DNA of 64,000 nucleotides, taken from Clostridia bacterium (GTDB lineage Bacteria > Bacillota > Clostridia > Christensenellales > UBA1242). The notes under the pieces were generated by a model, which did not search any database, was not told where the DNA came from, and saw only the letters and a list, made by a program, of their open reading frames with translations. The DNA lies in the NCBI GenBank assembly GCA_900767835.1, contig CAAGAO010000018.1:125-64124 (forward strand). Direction: 5' to 3'. Both the position numbers and the translations under genes were made by a program. Of this stretch, positions 18,782 through 32,100 are shown one piece after another; the first letter of the stretch is position 1; every line of letters starts with the position of its first letter.

Positions 18782-19333
18782 ATGTTTAAAAGATTTATGA
18801 AAAAATATGGTTACTATATGTTGGCTTTTATCGCTATAATTGCAATAGGTTTAACCGCTGGTGCTATTAATAAAAATGATGAAGCTCCAGCAAAACCAAC
18901 AGATGCAACCAAGGTGGAAATGGTATGTCCAATGACATCTCCAGATGTGATTAAATGGTATAGTGACACAGAACTATTTTATAACACTACATTGAAGCAA
19001 TGGGAAAGTCATAAAGGCGTAGATTTAACATCAACAGCAAGTCCAGATGTATTTTCAGTACTAGATGGAACGGTTACATCTTGCACTTATTCGTATGAAG
19101 ATGGCTATCAAATCACAATATCTCATGCAGATGGACTAAGCACGACATACAGTTCACTAAAAAACATAGATGCCATTAAAAAGGGAGATAGTGTTACTCG
19201 TGGGCAAAAAATTGGCGAAGTGTCAAATTCTGCATCAAACGAAAGTTTAGACGGTAACCATTTACATTTCCAAGTTATGCTCAATGGTAAAAAAGTTGAC
19301 CCAGCAAACTATATTACTTTTGAAAATAAGTAA
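18782..19333 (+). CDS. M23/LytM-family metallopeptidase with N-terminal membrane anchor
   Basis: HKGVDL (HxxxD) and GNHLHFQV (HxH) zinc motifs. TM segment YYMLAFIAIIAIGLTAGAI. GGAGG RBS before ATG 18782. Confidence 0.75.
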   Translation: MFKRFMKKYGYYMLAFIAIIAIGLTAGAINKNDEAPAKPTDATKVEMVCPMTSPDVIKWYSDTELFYNTTLKQWESHKGVDLTSTASPDVFSVLDGTVTSCTYSYEDGYQITISHADGLSTTYSSLKNIDAIKKGDSVTRGQKIGEVSNSASNESLDGNHLHFQVMLNGKKVDPANYITFENK

Positions 19334-19476
19334 AAAATAGATAGTAAAGTTTGAGAATATGACATTTATGATAAAAAGTTGAGAGTTGTGTTGTGCAAAA
19401 AAATGTAAACCAGTTGAAAAAATGAAATAAAATAATTGTAATTTAACACAAAAAATTCAACTTTAGTCAAAATTGC

Positions 19477-19505
19477 TTTACATTAACCTTTAAAAGTGGT
19501 ATATT
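19477..19505 (+). promoter_or_regulatory. sigma-A-type promoter candidate for acpP
   Basis: TTTACA (19477-19482), 17-nt spacer, TGg-TATATT extended -10 (19497-19505). Confidence 0.4.
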
Positions 19506-19532
19506 ACTAACTATACCAATGGAGGAAAGGTT

Positions 19533-19760
19533 ATGACTATTGATAAAGTAAAAAAATTAATATCAACTCAACTTAACGTTGCTGAATCAAAAATCACAGA
19601 AGATTCTAGATTAGTAGAAGATTTAGGTGCTGATTCTTTAGACACAATTGAACTTTTAATGGCTTTTGAAGAAGAATTTGGAATTAGTATTCCAGATGAA
19701 GAAGCTATGAATATGAAAACAATTAAAGATATTGTTAATTTAATTGATTCAAAAAATTAA
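19533..19760 (+). CDS. acpP: acyl carrier protein
   Basis: 75 aa with the canonical LGADSLDTIELLMAFEEEFG phosphopantetheine-attachment motif. GGAGG RBS. Confidence 0.9.
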   Translation: MTIDKVKKLISTQLNVAESKITEDSRLVEDLGADSLDTIELLMAFEEEFGISIPDEEAMNMKTIKDIVNLIDSKN

Positions 19761-19798
19761 AATTGAATTCAAACCAAAAATATTTTGGTAAAGCATGT

Positions 19799-19838
19799 GC
19801 AGGTTTTGGAATATTCCAAAGCCTGCTTTGTTTTTTTT
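19799..19838 (+). terminator. rho-independent terminator after acpP
   Basis: GCAGGTTTTGG/CCAAAGCCTGC 11-bp stem (one GU), 6-nt loop, then TTTGT8. Confidence 0.75.
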
Positions 19839-19951
19839 GAGGAATGGTGAGTTAATCACAAGAAATTAATACTTAAAAATATAATAAAAATTATATAATA
19901 AATTAATTAAATAATCTATAATTAAATATCTTAACACCTTTAAAATAAAGG

Positions 19952-19998
19952 TTTTTTTTAATTTTTAATTATTTTTAATTAATTTTCAAAATTAAAAA
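19952..19998. other. helically phased T/A tracts (intrinsic-bend candidate) upstream of the giant gene
   Basis: T-tracts begin at 19952, 19962, 19972 and 19983 (spacing 10, 10, 11 nt), followed by A5 at 19994-19998. Confidence 0.4.
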
Positions 19999-20043
19999 CT
20001 GATTTCAACAATAAAAAAATATTGAATAATATACTCTTGTTAA

Positions 20044-20072
20044 TTGACTTTTTTTGTTTAATAATATATTAT
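20044..20072 (+). promoter_or_regulatory. sigma-A-type promoter candidate for the giant lipoprotein operon
   Basis: TTGACT (20044-20049), 17-nt spacer, TATTAT (20067-20072). The AT-rich context makes false positives likely. Confidence 0.3.
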
Positions 20073-20147
20073 AAATATATTAAAAGAGTTAATTTGTTAT
20101 TTTTGATAAATATTTTGTTTATTAATTACAAAAAATAGCAATGGGAG

Positions 20148-23100
20148 ATGTCTATGAAGCCTATGAAAAAAATTTCTATATTAATTATGTCTATTGCAAT
20201 TCTTTGTGTGGGAGTGCTATTTTCCGCTTGTACACAAAATGGAGAAGCAAGCATAACATTAAGTCAAAATAATGCCACTATATTTCTTGGAGAAACCGAA
20301 AATAATCAGGTTTCTATTTTGGCAACCTTAAAAAATGTCGATGTAAACAAATTAGATTTAGTTTACGACACTTCTTTTGTGACTATCTCTCAAGAAAAAA
20401 ATACCGATGGAACATTTACAATAACTGTAAAAAGTTTGATAGATTATGGAACCAAACCAATTGCAGTTGAGGTTAAAGCATCAAATAAAGCAAGTGCGGT
20501 TTTCTATATTGACATAGTTTTACCATTGCAAAACATAGTCGCTAAAGATAACTTGTATATTGCATATAATGGCGAAAAAACTTCATACAGTTTGATTGAT
20601 TTCATTTCTTTTGAACCAGAAGGTACTGTTCAAAAAGGCGTAGAGTTTACTGTTCAAGAAGAAAGTGAACAATATCACATAGAAAATAATAAACTTGTTG
20701 TTGAAGCAGGTGTTGATGTCGCTCAACTAAGTCAAATAAAAGTAAATGCTGTTTCAACAGTTATCTCCGAAGGTAAAGAACCAGTATCTGCTGAATTAAA
20801 CATAAAACTCTTACCAAACATAAAACTTCTTGCGGATAGCATTTCAGTGTCAGTTGATTACAATGGTGATAAACTTCCACTTCAAGATAAATCTTATGAA
20901 TTAACAATCAAAAAAGAGTTAGACGGCTACAAACTCAGCACTTTTGAAATTGAAGTGGTAATTCCTCAATCTTTAGGAATAGAAGTAGACCTAGATAGTT
21001 CAAGTTTTGGCGGACTTTCAACCAACATTCTAAATTATCTCTCATATTCAAGACGTCACACTTTAGATACAACGAACGCAAGCAATATTAAAGATGTGTA
21101 CACATTCACATTTGAGACAAAAAGTTCGCTTCAAGGCAAGGGTGACTTGCGTATGAAATATTGGTACAAAGATTACAGTAGTGACAATAATCTTTCTGCA
21201 AACTTTATTGCAAAAGTTGAAAATGAGATTGTTGAAAAATTATCATTAACTGCAATTATGCCAATTACCAGCATTGAGGTTAGAACCGATTGCGTACTCA
21301 ACACCGACACTAATATTTACACAATTTACAATAACTACAAAGGTGTTTATGGCGAAGCGTTTACACTAGTTGCTTTGCCAGAAGGAACAGGTCAAAGAAC
21401 TATTGTTTTAGAAAAAACAGAAGATAGCGAATTGCTAGTTTACAATTCAAAAGGTAACTTACTTCCTTTTATTAGATACATCTATGACGAAAATGGAACT
21501 TTGATTGAAACAAAAAATAATCAACAAGAAATAACATCTGGAGAAACAATTTATATTAAAGGTGCGAATAAGAGCACAGAATCTTTAATTTACTTTAGTT
21601 CAATATCAGATAAAGAATCAGCAACTAAAGGTACACTTTCATTCAATGTCTCAAATGGAACATCGGCTTTAGGTTTCGTTGATGATACAGAATCTACCGA
21701 ACTTAAGGAAGAGATAGTTTTAAATGCAGAAATTAATAATTCTACAGTTACATATTTATTAGCACCAAATGCAAAAGTGTCAGATTTTACAAAAGATGAA
21801 AATGTGACAATAGAACCTGTTTTGGGCAAAGATAATTACTTTAAGGTTACATTCAGTGCTTTAAAAATAGGAAAACAAACTTACACAATAAAAACAATAA
21901 ATGGTTACAAAGTTATAGCGACTTTAAATGTTATTAAACCACTTGAAAATGTAGTTTTAAAATTAAAAGATAATTCACAATATCTTGCAGGTATAGGAGA
22001 TTATGCTCAAAAAAATAGTGATAACGATTTAATCAATATCTCTGTTGAAAAAGGTTATTCAATAGCATTAGATTATGTAATAAATCAAAATGCACAAATT
22101 TCAAGCATTAAATATTCATTCTATAACCCACAAAACATAGATGTTTATGGTGACGAAATAGATAAACTTAAAGATGTTTATAATTATAATTACCCAACAC
22201 TATTTGATGAATTAAGTCTAGTTTTAAATAATCAAAACTTGATACAAAATAACATATTAACAGGTATTAATTCAGGCATAAATGTAATAAAAATTGAAAT
22301 TTATGGTCAAAAAGTATTAAATGGTCAATTAATTGATGAAATAAAAGATACAAAATTCCTATTTGTTCAAATATACAATCCAGTTAAACAAATTAACTCA
22401 ACTGCTAAAAATATTACACTAAGAACTGTAGACCAGGTTGCAAGCGAATATGAATCTTTAACAACCAAAACATTAACATTAGATGTAACATCTGAAGGTG
22501 GCGAAAAAGCAACTTACAACAAAATATTTATTGATGGTAGTGCTTATGATATTGTGCTAACAGAATCTGGTAATAGTGAGTTAGTTTGCTCAAAAATAAT
22601 CAATAAAGATGGCATTGATGCAATTGTGGTTACATACAACTTTACAACTGGTAAATTGAACATTAAAGCAAATAAGTATGTAAAATTCACTGAACAACCT
22701 CAAATTATTTTATTTGCTGGAGATTTCGTTGATTTCGAAAACGGTAGACATTTCTATACAGATTCTACCGATAGGCCTATTATTACATATATAATATCAA
22801 TCAATTTGATAGAAACAAAAGTAATTGAAGATATTAGTGTATCAAACCTAGAACTTGATACAAGCAAATCAAATAGTACAACAAAAGTATATAAGACAAT
22901 TTATATTGATACATCTAAAGCAGAGAGTATAACTTATAAACTGTTGACAGAAATCACACCTTTTGATGCTTTTGATAAGGCTTTAAAATATACTTTCATT
23001 GCAAATTCTGGAAGTACTCAAGCAATGATAGATATAGATGATAACGGGCTAATCACAATTTTAGGCGAACAAGGCGGAAGTGGCATTATAACAATTGAGC

Positions 23101-26100
23101 CAAAGAATAATAGAGAAGGAGTGGCTGTTAAAACTGTTAAAATTCCAATTGTTGTTTCAGATGGTAATTCATGGGAAACCGCTTACGAAATAACCAGCCT
23201 AGACCAAATAAAATATGCAAATAAACACTATGTTTTAACCATTCCAACCACATACACACTAACAGAAACATTGTTTGAAAGTTTAGAAGGTGGTTTTAGA
23301 GGTGGCTTGTATGGCAGACGTTTTAATGATGCTGAATCTTCAAAAGCAACAATCAAACTTCAAGGTGTTTCATTATTCAATATTTTAGCAAGCACTGCAG
23401 TTGTGGCAGATTTAGATATTTGCGGTGATGTTTCTGCAACTGAATTTAAAAATGCACAAGGGACAATTGAAAAATTTACAAGTAGGGGCTTTGTTGCAAA
23501 TGTCAATGCTGGCAAAATTGAAAATGTAAAAGTAACCTCATATTTACTAAATGGTGTATATGCTCCTAGTTTATTAACTATTAGTGCTGATGTTACTAAA
23601 GTTGGTGGTATTGCTGGTGAAAACAAAGGAATAATAGAAAACTGTACATTTGCAGGCTCAATCAATGTAAGAAATAATTCAACAATTGTAGCAAATGCAA
23701 TGGCAAATAACACAACAGGCACTTTATCAAACAATAAGGTTATTATAGCAAAATATGATAGTGCAATTGAGTCATTAAGATTGGTCAATGATGGCGAAAA
23801 TTATGTAAATGGTGTTGTAAATGGCACAAACACAACATTTGCCGATATTGATAATAATAAAGTATTTGAAGAAAACTACAAAGATTACGAATTTAATGGA
23901 AATGTTTGGATAGCAAACTACCAAGATGAAATTGGTTTAAATTTAAATCACTCATATGGCGAAGAAGATTCAGTATATGGATTAGTATTCTATTATTTAG
24001 CAAAAGATAGTACAAAACAAGACAATTTGCAATTATTAAACATAATTCCATTTACAAAGTTATTTGGATTAAAAAACACAAACATAACAACAAATAATTT
24101 AAAAGTTTTAGCATTAAATTCAGACAATACATTATGTGATTTTATAAGCATTAACTCACAAGGTATTGCATTAAATGGTGTGGGTCAATTCGTTTTAAGT
24201 GTTTCAAGCGAATATGATTACACAACAACATATAACTTAAATATCTTATCTATGTATCAAGCAACTGACTTTTCTTTAAGTAGTAATGGTGTAAAACTTA
24301 ATAAAAATAGTGGCGAACTTGAAATTATTTATGGTGAAAAATACGAAGTTGTTTCTAAGATTAATAATTTGGTAAACATAGTCAATACAAAAGGACAAAA
24401 AGAGACAATAGAACTTGTCCAAAATGATTTTGATGTATTGTTTACAATGGCTTATGAGGGGATGACTGAGGAGATTAACTCAGAAAACTATATCACAGGT
24501 ACAAAACTTGGAAGTCATACAATAAATATGACATTTGATTGGTATGATAAAACAAATATTAAAGTTAGCCTAGTTAGTGGCTCTGGTGCTCACTTTGACG
24601 CTTTATTAAACAAATTTTTTGACATAACTGATGGCGAGGTTGGAGAGTTTAATGTTAGAAGAAAAAATGGAACATCAGATATTACAACTGACATAAAGGA
24701 AGGTTCAATTGAACCAAAAGATACATTTACATTCTCAGCAACACTTACAACTGATGTGTCAACCGATTTAATAGATGAAAATACCATAGAAGTTTATACC
24801 GAAAATAATATTTCTATAACAGAGCAACAATATTTTGATATAGTTGTTGAAAAAGACACAACAAAAGATAATACATTCAAAATTCAAATAAGTGTAAATA
24901 AAGACAATATTAGAAATGCAGGATATAATTTATTAGATTTTGTTTCAAGAAAATATACAATACTCGTAAGGGCAAAAAATAGTACTGGTATTGATGAAAA
25001 AATATATAATGCCTCTCAAGAGATATATGTTACTTTGCTTCCTCAAACAATATCAAATATAAATACTGTATTATATGGTGTAACGACATCAAATACTACA
25101 GGTGTAAATGTTTCAAATAAAGAAACCCCAACATCAGTATTAATTCCTTCGGGAAGTGGTGGTTTGTTTGTTATTGATATGTTCCCATCTTATGCTAGTT
25201 ACGATTACATAGATGTTGTGGCAACATCAAATACAATCTCAAAATTATCATTTAGATTACAAGAAAGAATTGAAGATGCTGGAGAGTTGACAAATAACTA
25301 TAGAAATACAAACAATGGTTACGAACCTCTTATCGGCAAAAATGGTATTAGACTTTTAAACAACAACAGCAAAGACAATCAAAATATAGGTACATATTAT
25401 TTAAAAGTTTTTGCAAACGCTTCATTTAGTGGCGATACAATCTTTACCATAACTGTAAATGCATATTATAAAGACAATAAATTATCTGCGTCTTCAGTAT
25501 TTACTTTGTTTATGAAAATGCCAGAAGCCCCACAAATTTCATTGAATGGCGAAAGTAAAATATATACTCTTGCAGGACAAACTATTGAAAATATTGAAGT
25601 TTTAGTTTCAAGTGAACAAATAAATCCAACTGCTCAAATTGCATCTAATCTTTCTGGCGAAAGTTTAATTGATGGGAAAAGCACAAGTTTAATACATTGC
25701 AATATGCAAGAAGTTGCGACTAATAACTTGGTAGGATACAAAAAGTATTTAATAACAGTTACTTTTGATGATACTTATGCCGCTAATTTAAGTGTAAATA
25801 GTACTAAATTTAAAATAGTAGTAACTAGTATAAAAATTTCAAATGGTAGCGAAATTCCAGTAACGGCAGAAATGTATGTTTATGTTGTAGACTATAAAGC
25901 ATTAGAAAATGACATTAGAATCTTTAATGCATCTGAAGATGTATTCAAGGTTACTAGTCTAAAATACTTGGAATTAAAACTTGCAGACTTATTGCCAGAG
26001 AATGTAAATGCAACACAAGAATTTATAGATTTCTTTAATGAAAATTACTATTATTCAAATTCAAATACTGAATTTACATTTGGTAGCAACAAAATGTTGG

Positions 26101-29100
26101 TTGATGGCGAAGAGAAAGAATTATCCAAAGCACAAGTTTTAGCATCATATTTGTCTTATGTTAAAGGCAATATTAAAACTCCAGTATTAAAGATTGGTCA
26201 AAATAATGAATTTGAACTCGTTTCAACAGAATATTTATCATTTGATATTCAAGAAGGAAAATTATTAGTTAGAGGTGGTAATTATACTGGCTCAACTAGT
26301 ATGATTTTTGAAATTGAATACAAAATGCCAGATGGTAAAGTGTTCACATATGAATATAGTTTTGAAATTGTAAATAGTTTATATACAACTGAAGATTTAC
26401 CAAAAGAAATTGCGAATGTTGACACTTTCTTAAATATAGAAAATCAAGATGAGTCTTTTGATTATATTTTGACAACAGATTTATATTTATACGACTACAG
26501 CCCTATATCAAATACAAACAAAATCACTTCTTTAGACGGAAATAATCATACTATTCATATTATCAATTTTGTAGAAAGTGATAATATGTCTGACTTTGCT
26601 TTGTTTAAAACAATATCTAGTTCGACAACAATTAAAAATTTAACAGTAAATATTTATCACTTAAGACAAATTACTGTATCAAGCAAAGTTACAACCGCAA
26701 ATATAGCAGGTTTTGCAATTCAAAATGATGGTTCAATCTACAACTGCGAAGTTGTCGCTTTTGATAATGAATCGTTACCAGCAATGTCTAGCACATATGG
26801 AATCAAGGTAGATAAAGATGTAAATGCTCAAGTTGCAGGCTTTGTATTGACAAACAATGGTTCAATCACAAATAGCCGTTTTGGCGGAATAACCAAATTT
26901 GTAACAAAAGTGGTATATTCAACCAATGATGATGGAAAAGTTGTAAATAGCAAAGTAGCAGAACAAACATACTCACAAAAAATGATAACCATTCAAGCAA
27001 GCGGAACAATTTCGGGCTTTGTTGATACAAATAATGGTGTTATTGCAAGTTCATTTGTAAAAAATGTAGACATTCAAAATACATATTATAAATTAGAAAC
27101 AAAAGTTACTGCAGGTTTCGTAAATACAAACAACGGAACAATAGCAATGAGTTATGCTGAAGGTGGCTTTGAAAACAATACAGATGTTAGAGCATTAAAA
27201 GGCGGACTTGAAGGTCTTGGTATAATGACTGGTTTTATATACTTAAATGCTGGCAAAATCACCGATAGTTATAGTAATTTAAGTATAACAAATACAAAAG
27301 AACAAGTAGGCAGACTTGGTGCAGGTTTTGTCTTTGAAAATGCAGAGAGCGGTATTATTGAACGTTGTTATTCAGCATCTAAAGTTTTGAGCAATAATAT
27401 AACTCAAATGAACTTTGCGGGAATTAAAGATTTTGGCGGTTATAATAATGATGGCACAATTAAAACAAGTTATTATTATATTGAAAATTCTACAGATGAA
27501 ATATCAATAGAAAATATACTAGGTACAACAATTAATTCAATAATCAATGTTTCAGATAAAAAAGAATTCTACGGTTTTAGTTTTGTAGATGGCAACAAGG
27601 CAGGAACATGGAATATAAACGATAAGGGTAGAATTGAACTTGTTAGTGCAAACGATATTGCTCATTCAGTAAGGGCAAAAAATGAAAATACAACTGGTGC
27701 AAATACAGGAATAGAATATTACTTTACATATTGTTCTGGTTACGAACTTGGCTCAAACAATAACCCAATAATAATTCGTGACGCAAAAGAATATAATGCG
27801 GTATTCGGTAATTCTGTTTCAACCGATATTCAAGATTGTTACAATCTAAGCACTGCAAAAGTATATGGTTCATATCGTTTAGTTAACGATATTAATATGT
27901 TGGACTTGGTTCCAAAAGAAGAACAAGAGACTGAATATAAAGTAAGTCTAGTTTCTACAAAAATGACATTATCAGGGGAATATAACCATAGTTCTAATAA
28001 GGGCGGTTCAATAAATGGTAATGGCTTAACAATTACAAACTTAGCAATTTCAAACTCAAGCAGTGTAAGCAATAATTATGGTTTATTTAAATCTATAGAA
28101 AATGGCGCAAGCGTATCTAACATTAATATAGAATTAGCAAAGAGTGGTGTTTCAGCTGACCATACGGTATTCGTTGGAACAATAGCGGGCTCATTAGTTG
28201 ATTCATATGCTAACAATATATACATTAAAGGTATATCATCAACAGAGTACACAAAAATAGTTGGTGCAAATGTTACTGGTGGTGTATTTGGTAGAGTTAT
28301 TGGTGATTCTAAAGTGTCAAACTGCAAAGTGGAAAATATTTCAGTTACTTCAACATATTTTGAAAATTATGTTTTTGACTCATCAAATATTGATAAAACA
28401 AATGTATACACAAGACTTGATGAAAATAGTTATTCAACACTTTCAATAGCAGGTGGCGTGTTTGGTGTTGTAGATATGTACACAACATCTCAACAGGACA
28501 ATTCTACAGTAATCAGTGCAGTAGATAGCCAACAAGCAGGTTTATCTAATATATCTGCAACTGGCGGTATGTATATTGAAGGTATGACTGCTGGTGGTAT
28601 TGCTGGTTTTGTTGGCAACTATGTAATAGCGCGTGATTTATCATTAACAATAAATAAAGATGGTGTTAAATCTGGAATTATTGCATATAACTGTTATGCA
28701 GGCGGTATTGTAGGTTTCAATAGAGGCTATTTGTATCAAGTAAAAGCAGAATATGAACATTCTTGGCAAACAGAAATAGAAAGAAATATACAAACATACT
28801 ATCAATCAACTGATGAAGAAAGAAAAAATATTGATCGCGGTAGTTTTGATTTGTTCGAATCTGACCTATACAATCCATATTCAGTAGGTGGCTTAGTTGG
28901 TGTCCAACAATCTGGCAAAATAAGTATTGCATATTCAAAACTTAATGTAATAAACACAAAAGCAAAAATTGTAGGTGGTGTTATTGGTTATACATGTAGG
29001 GCTTTTAAACCTGACGGCACAAAGAAAGAAGATGTCGTTTCATTCACAATGCATGAAACCTATGCTACTGGTGATGTTTACACAGAGGCTAATGAAGCAA

Positions 29101-32100
29101 ATATTGGTGGTGTAATAGGTAAAAATTATGACGAAAGTATTAACCTTACAAAAGTTAATGCATTAAACTATTGGGGAATAGACTCATACAATTTATTTAA
29201 AACCAAAACAAATAATATCTCTATAAGTGCTATTGCAAATTATACTGATGCAGGAATTGAATCAGACTCTTCAACTCACGTATACTCAATATCAGGTATA
29301 AAATTCGGTAATGATGAAAAAGTTTCATTTGTGAAAAATGATAGCGGTATTGAAGTTATGTGTTCATATTATGATTATGACGGTGTCTTAAGCGATAATG
29401 GTGCACAAATAGATTTAATGTTCAGCAAAAAAGAATGGTATCTTGAAAATAACTGGACTAGAGATTTAACCGAATTGTTCCCACATATTGTTTATGTCTC
29501 TCCAAGGAATCAATACACAATAAGTTCAATAGAAGAATTCTATAAATTTACATTATATGGTAATGACCCTAATGTTACCTTTGTCGTTATTGATTATGAT
29601 AAGGCTGATCCATCTAAAGGTGATGATGATTTATTAATACCTTGTAATGATGTTCAAGTAACCTATGGCTTGCTTCGTGCAAAAATTGTTGGTGCAACCG
29701 CTAAAAATGGTTTTAGGAATTTAAATGTTCCATTGTTTAGCGAAATGAATGGCAATGAAGTTTCAACATTAAAATTCTTAAACTGCACAGCACCATTAAC
29801 ACAAAGAGCAAACAATGAACAGTTTAGTTACTTAAATTATTCAAATTGCGAATTTACTGTTAAAACCAATAAAAATATTGGTGGTATTGCACAAGAAGCA
29901 ATAAACAAATGTGAATTTTCAAATATAACATTTACAAATTGTAGTATTAATGCTGGCAATGCTATAAATGCAGGTATGCTGTTTGGTTCTCATAGTCAAA
30001 ATACAGTTAGTGATACAGCAATTAAAATTAGCAATGTTTCAATTTTAAGTGATTCTTCAAGCAAAATAATGGTGGCAGGGACAACAACCATAAGTGATTC
30101 TGCTTCAGAATATAACTATGGTATTCTATTCGGCAGAGCGGGAGATGTAAATATTGATAATATTCAGATTAATGACAAAATGAGTATTAATCTTAACTCT
30201 CCTAGAGAAGTCCAAGGTTCAACAAAAGAAGCATCAATTACTGCGAATATTGGTTTGCTTGCTGGTTCGGTTAATTATTTAGACATAAATTTACAAAATA
30301 CAACTTTAACGGCTGGCAAAACTGGTGAGTTGTCAGTTAATTGTGCAACTGGTGATACAATAAGCGAATTTGATAAAATACTATTAAATCTAAATGTTGG
30401 CGGTATTGTTGGTAAATGTACAGATACATTAATGCTTTCGGTAACAAAAACTAACGAAGGTGATGAGGCGGGAACATATGTTAATGTCTCTTATGCTCCA
30501 ACAATCAATATCAAAAACACAAAAAATGTTAATAGTCAATATGTTGGTACCGCTTGTGGTGTCGCAAATGAAATTAAGGCAAGCAAAAACGGTGTATACA
30601 TCTTCGGTAAAACTGAAGACGAAAAAGGTAAAACCGTATACAATGCACTAGAATACTCACTTGCCGAAAAAACAGGAACTTCAAATCCAGTCATAAACAA
30701 TATTGGTGGTATTGCTGGAACTGCACATTTAATATCTTCTACTGAAGATAAAGATACAATTCAAACGAACCCAGGTATTATCGCTTACTATGGTGATATG
30801 AAATCGGCAATGCCAACAAATGCAGACATTAATTACTTAAATATTGGTGGTATAGTAGGTATTTATACACCATTAATTAGTGGCTCTAATATTATTTCAA
30901 ATGTAATATTTGACGGAACAATAAGTTTTGCTGATGGATATTTTAATAATGATAATACAGAAACTATAAAGAATTTAAATGTTCGTGCAGGTGGTGTAAT
31001 AGGTTATGTTAATGGCTCTGGCACAATAATTAAAAACACTATTGCGGCTGGTGAAATTATACTAACAGATAGAATTGGAAATTCGTTAAAAATTACAAAC
31101 GGTATGAATATCTATATTGCTGGTCTTGTTGGCTTTAATAATGGTGTGACTGATTTAGGAACAAGTGCAGATAATGGTAACGAAGGTATCTCAGTTATCA
31201 CAACAATCTTCTCATTAACAGGTGCTAATGGCGTTGATTCAATAGCACATAACTCAGGAAATGGATATTTTAACTTAAATAACAAAGTTAAATATTGTTC
31301 ATCTTTAAACTTAGTTGTAAGTTCATTACAAAAAGGTGATAGTAAAGAAAATCATAATGGTTATTTAGAGGTTAATAAGCCAGATGGTGTTGAAGAATTC
31401 TTAATTAATACCGAATATGGTCAACTAAATGAAGATGGTATGACTGTTTGGAATGTTGCAAACAACACAGTTAAAGGTTCAAAATTAGACCCATACTATA
31501 TAGATGAAGAAAACGGGATACCTGAAAAAGGCGTAGGCGATACAGTTAAGAATAATGAATACTACTTTACAAAAGCAAAAAGTGGTAAAAATGGTGATAA
31601 AACTGGTGCAGATATAATAACTTATGCTAGTTCATATACAAGAAAATTATATATTGGTGTTAAAGGCAATAAAAAACTTCCAAACCAAATATCTTTAGAA
31701 AATACAATATTATTCTCACAAGGCGCATCATTATTGTCTACTATCACTCCAATAAATGAAATCGACGCAAACAGTGCTGTAACTGGGCTTGTCGTTAAAT
31801 TATATATCAATGAAAGTGAAGGCAGTGAAGCAACTAATGCAAATGATTATTTTAACTTAGCTGGTCTTGCGAATGTGAATAAAGGCATTATCTATACTTG
31901 CAGTGTTCAAGAATCTTTGACAGGTTTTAAAGAATATGACAATTCTACAAGATTCTATGGATATTTCTATAGTGAACTCGATTATGAAAAACTAAAGACT
32001 TCTCCAGCATTCACAAACCAAAAATTACCAAAAGGTATTGCTGGTTTTGTTGCAAACAACAAAGGTTACATTTTCGGCTCTAACGCAAATGTGGAGATGG

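Noticed and set aside
19533-19760. Monocistronic acpP away from any fab/pls genes and directly upstream of the giant lipoprotein locus, as a possible dedicated carrier protein
   Set aside because: The sequence is a canonical housekeeping AcpP motif with its own promoter and a strong terminator. Nothing links it functionally to the giant genes.
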